This document shows positions 23,519 through 25,122 of a stretch of DNA of 25,122 nt, one piece after another. The stretch is from the IMG/VR virus record IMGVR_UViG_3300032295_003109, positions 1 through 25,122 of that record. One strand, written 5' to 3'. A model generated the notes under the pieces. It was not told where the DNA came from and made no database searches. It worked only from the letters and a program-made list of their open reading frames with translations. The position numbers were made by a program, and so were the translations under genes. Within the stretch, counting starts at the first letter, position 1; every line of letters begins with the position of its first letter. The DNA comes from a virus (Duplodnaviria > Caudoviricetes).

Positions 23519-25122
23519 GTATATTTAAAGATACATTTAGACGATATGTTAGAGATCAATTAAGTGTTAGAGATGAAATTATTAGTGTAGGAAATCCTAC
23601 TGATTCTGTTCGTTCTACCGATGGTTCTGACTCATTTGTCAGTATTAATAAAAAAGATCGCTTAAAGACCCATAACGTTAAGCTCCAATCAGGAAAAGAA
23701 ATCACTTTAGATCCAGGAGTATTTTATAATTATACCTTAAATAAACAAGCAGTTATAAGGATGACTTCTTTAACTGATTATGTTAGTAATGTAGATTTAG
23801 AAATAGGTGACCTAACAGGTAATGTTGGGTTTCAAAGATTAAAAGGAGCTACCTTATCACAAAATTTTATATTAGAGGGGGGTGTGTTGAGTGATTTTGC
23901 TCGAAATTTAGATAGAGATAAAGATGGAACTGCGGAGCGAGTAGTAAGGTCTGTAAACCAACCACGGGCATCTTTCCCTAGACCGGGACAACGGACTAAT
24001 TTAGGGTATGGGGATTTTGCTATAGGGGCAGATGCTAATGAAGATGGATTTGGGATTGTTCCTATGCCTGGTATAGAAGATGCTACTATTAGAACTAAAT
24101 CCGCATATGGTTCTCTAAGAGAAGCAAAAATTAATTTTGTATGCCATAATAGAAGACAACTTGAAGTATTAGAAATGCTTTATATGCGTCCTGGTTATTG
24201 TGTTTTACTTGAATGGGGTTGGGCGCCTTTTGTAGATAATGATGGAAAAATACAAGAAGGAGTTACATATGTTGAAGGTGTAACTAATGGTAAAATTTAT
24301 ACTAATGCTATAACTCAAATTGAAATCTATAACGCCATTAATAAGATCAAAGAAGTTTCTTGTGGTAACTATGATGGGTTATTAGGATTTATTAAAAATT
24401 TTGGCTTTCAAGCTCGACCTGATGGGGGTTATAATTGCTTTACTGAATTAATATCTATGAATGAAGTTATAGATAGTTTAAAAATCCCCAATGTTTCTTC
24501 TTTTAGAGTAGATGCCGGAACCGATATTAGAGGAAATAATATTTACAACCCTACTGACCAAACTTATAAAAGAGCTCAAGATTTAGGAATCGTTTCTAAA
24601 TATAATGGTTTATATGGTTTAATAAGAGCAATAAATAATTATGCTAATTTTAAAAATGGGTTAGATGTAGCAAATGATAAAGAAAACACTCAAAGAGCTG
24701 AAAAAATATTTCCTGAATTAAATGAAAGTTATGCTGATTCTGCTGAATTTAATGAACAACGATATAATTTAATTACAAATGAAGCTGGTGGGACTAATAG
24801 GAACATAAATTTAGGCCCTTATTTTAGCCAATTATTATCTTCTCAGGCATCTGATATAAAAGAAGACTTAAAAGTTAAACTCAATTTAGCCACAGATGAA
24901 GAATTAGATAATTTTATAATTCCTCGAGTAGGTTTTACACAAAGGGCAAGTTATAGAACTACTATAAAAGATGCTACTACTTACCAAGAAGGAGAAAACG
25001 TATATGGATCTGTTCAATCTTATATAAGGTGGGATGCTTTATGTATATTGATTAATAGTTCTTTAATACCTAAAGATGAAAAAGGATATAATCCTGTAGT
25101 TTTACTTGCTGATAGGATTAAA
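23515..25122 (+). CDS. Baseplate hub-like protein, 3'-truncated (not in ORF track)
   Basis: ATGA overlap with the LysM gene and open to the window end: MSIFKDTFRRYVRDQL...GIVPMPGI...YGSLREAKINF...LYMRPGYCVLLEWGW...NYDGLLG. The hub call rests on synteny. Confidence 0.75.
   Translation, partial: MSIFKDTFRRYVRDQLSVRDEIISVGNPTDSVRSTDGSDSFVSINKKDRLKTHNVKLQSGKEITLDPGVFYNYTLNKQAVIRMTSLTDYVSNVDLEIGDLTGNVGFQRLKGATLSQNFILEGGVLSDFARNLDRDKDGTAERVVRSVNQPRASFPRPGQRTNLGYGDFAIGADANEDGFGIVPMPGIEDATIRTKSAYGSLREAKINFVCHNRRQLEVLEMLYMRPGYCVLLEWGWAPFVDNDGKIQEGVTYVEGVTNGKIYTNAITQIEIYNAINKIKEVSCGNYDGLLGFIKNFGFQARPDGGYNCFTELISMNEVIDSLKIPNVSSFRVDAGTDIRGNNIYNPTDQTYKRAQDLGIVSKYNGLYGLIRAINNYANFKNGLDVANDKENTQRAEKIFPELNESYADSAEFNEQRYNLITNEAGGTNRNINLGPYFSQLLSSQASDIKEDLKVKLNLATDEELDNFIIPRVGFTQRASYRTTIKDATTYQEGENVYGSVQSYIRWDALCILINSSLIPKDEKGYNPVVLLADRIK

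Noticed and set aside
1-25122. Stop-codon reassignment (no called gene ends in TAG)
   Set aside because: Genes are intact under code 11 with no in-frame TAG or TGA interruptions; TAA preference is expected at this AT content.
14926-25122. Bacterial extracellular contractile injection system or tailocin
   Set aside because: Single sheath and tube genes, a gp26-like chaperone, a very large fibre array and a non-host promoter-like motif fit a phage better. No capsid genes are in view, so this is not formally excluded.

Overview
A 25-kb, AT-rich, entirely plus-strand structural module of a contractile-tailed (myovirus-type) phage. The host is probably Bacteroidota, because starts are A-rich and lack Shine-Dalgarno sites. 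The first ~14.5 kb is a run of Ser/Thr/Gly-rich fibre or appendage genes built from shared, shuffled modules and ending in a LamG lectin-like gene plus a small partner. It is followed by tail sheath, tail tube, a gp26-like assembly chaperone, tape measure, a tube-initiator-like protein, a LysM/gpX-like protein and a truncated baseplate hub-like gene. The ORF track misses four things: the 5' extension of ORF1 (<2..2302), a 50-aa ORF (2381..2533), a start-less +1-frame ORF (18459..18680) and the last gene (23515..>25122). Main leads: (1) a likely programmed +1 frameshift at TTT_CTT_TGG in the tail chaperone; (2) apparent plug-and-socket chaining of fibre proteins, where C-terminal D[GL]GTF is twice followed by a gene starting MAQxxKLKR; (3) structured RNA leaders ahead of specific fibre genes; (4) a recurrent ATAT[T/G]TAT promoter-like motif, often directly after terminators; (5) a pervasive [ST]-[GAS]-S tripeptide concentrated in fibre and sheath-insertion regions, possibly a modification sequon. 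All family assignments come from motif recognition and synteny; no database search was run.
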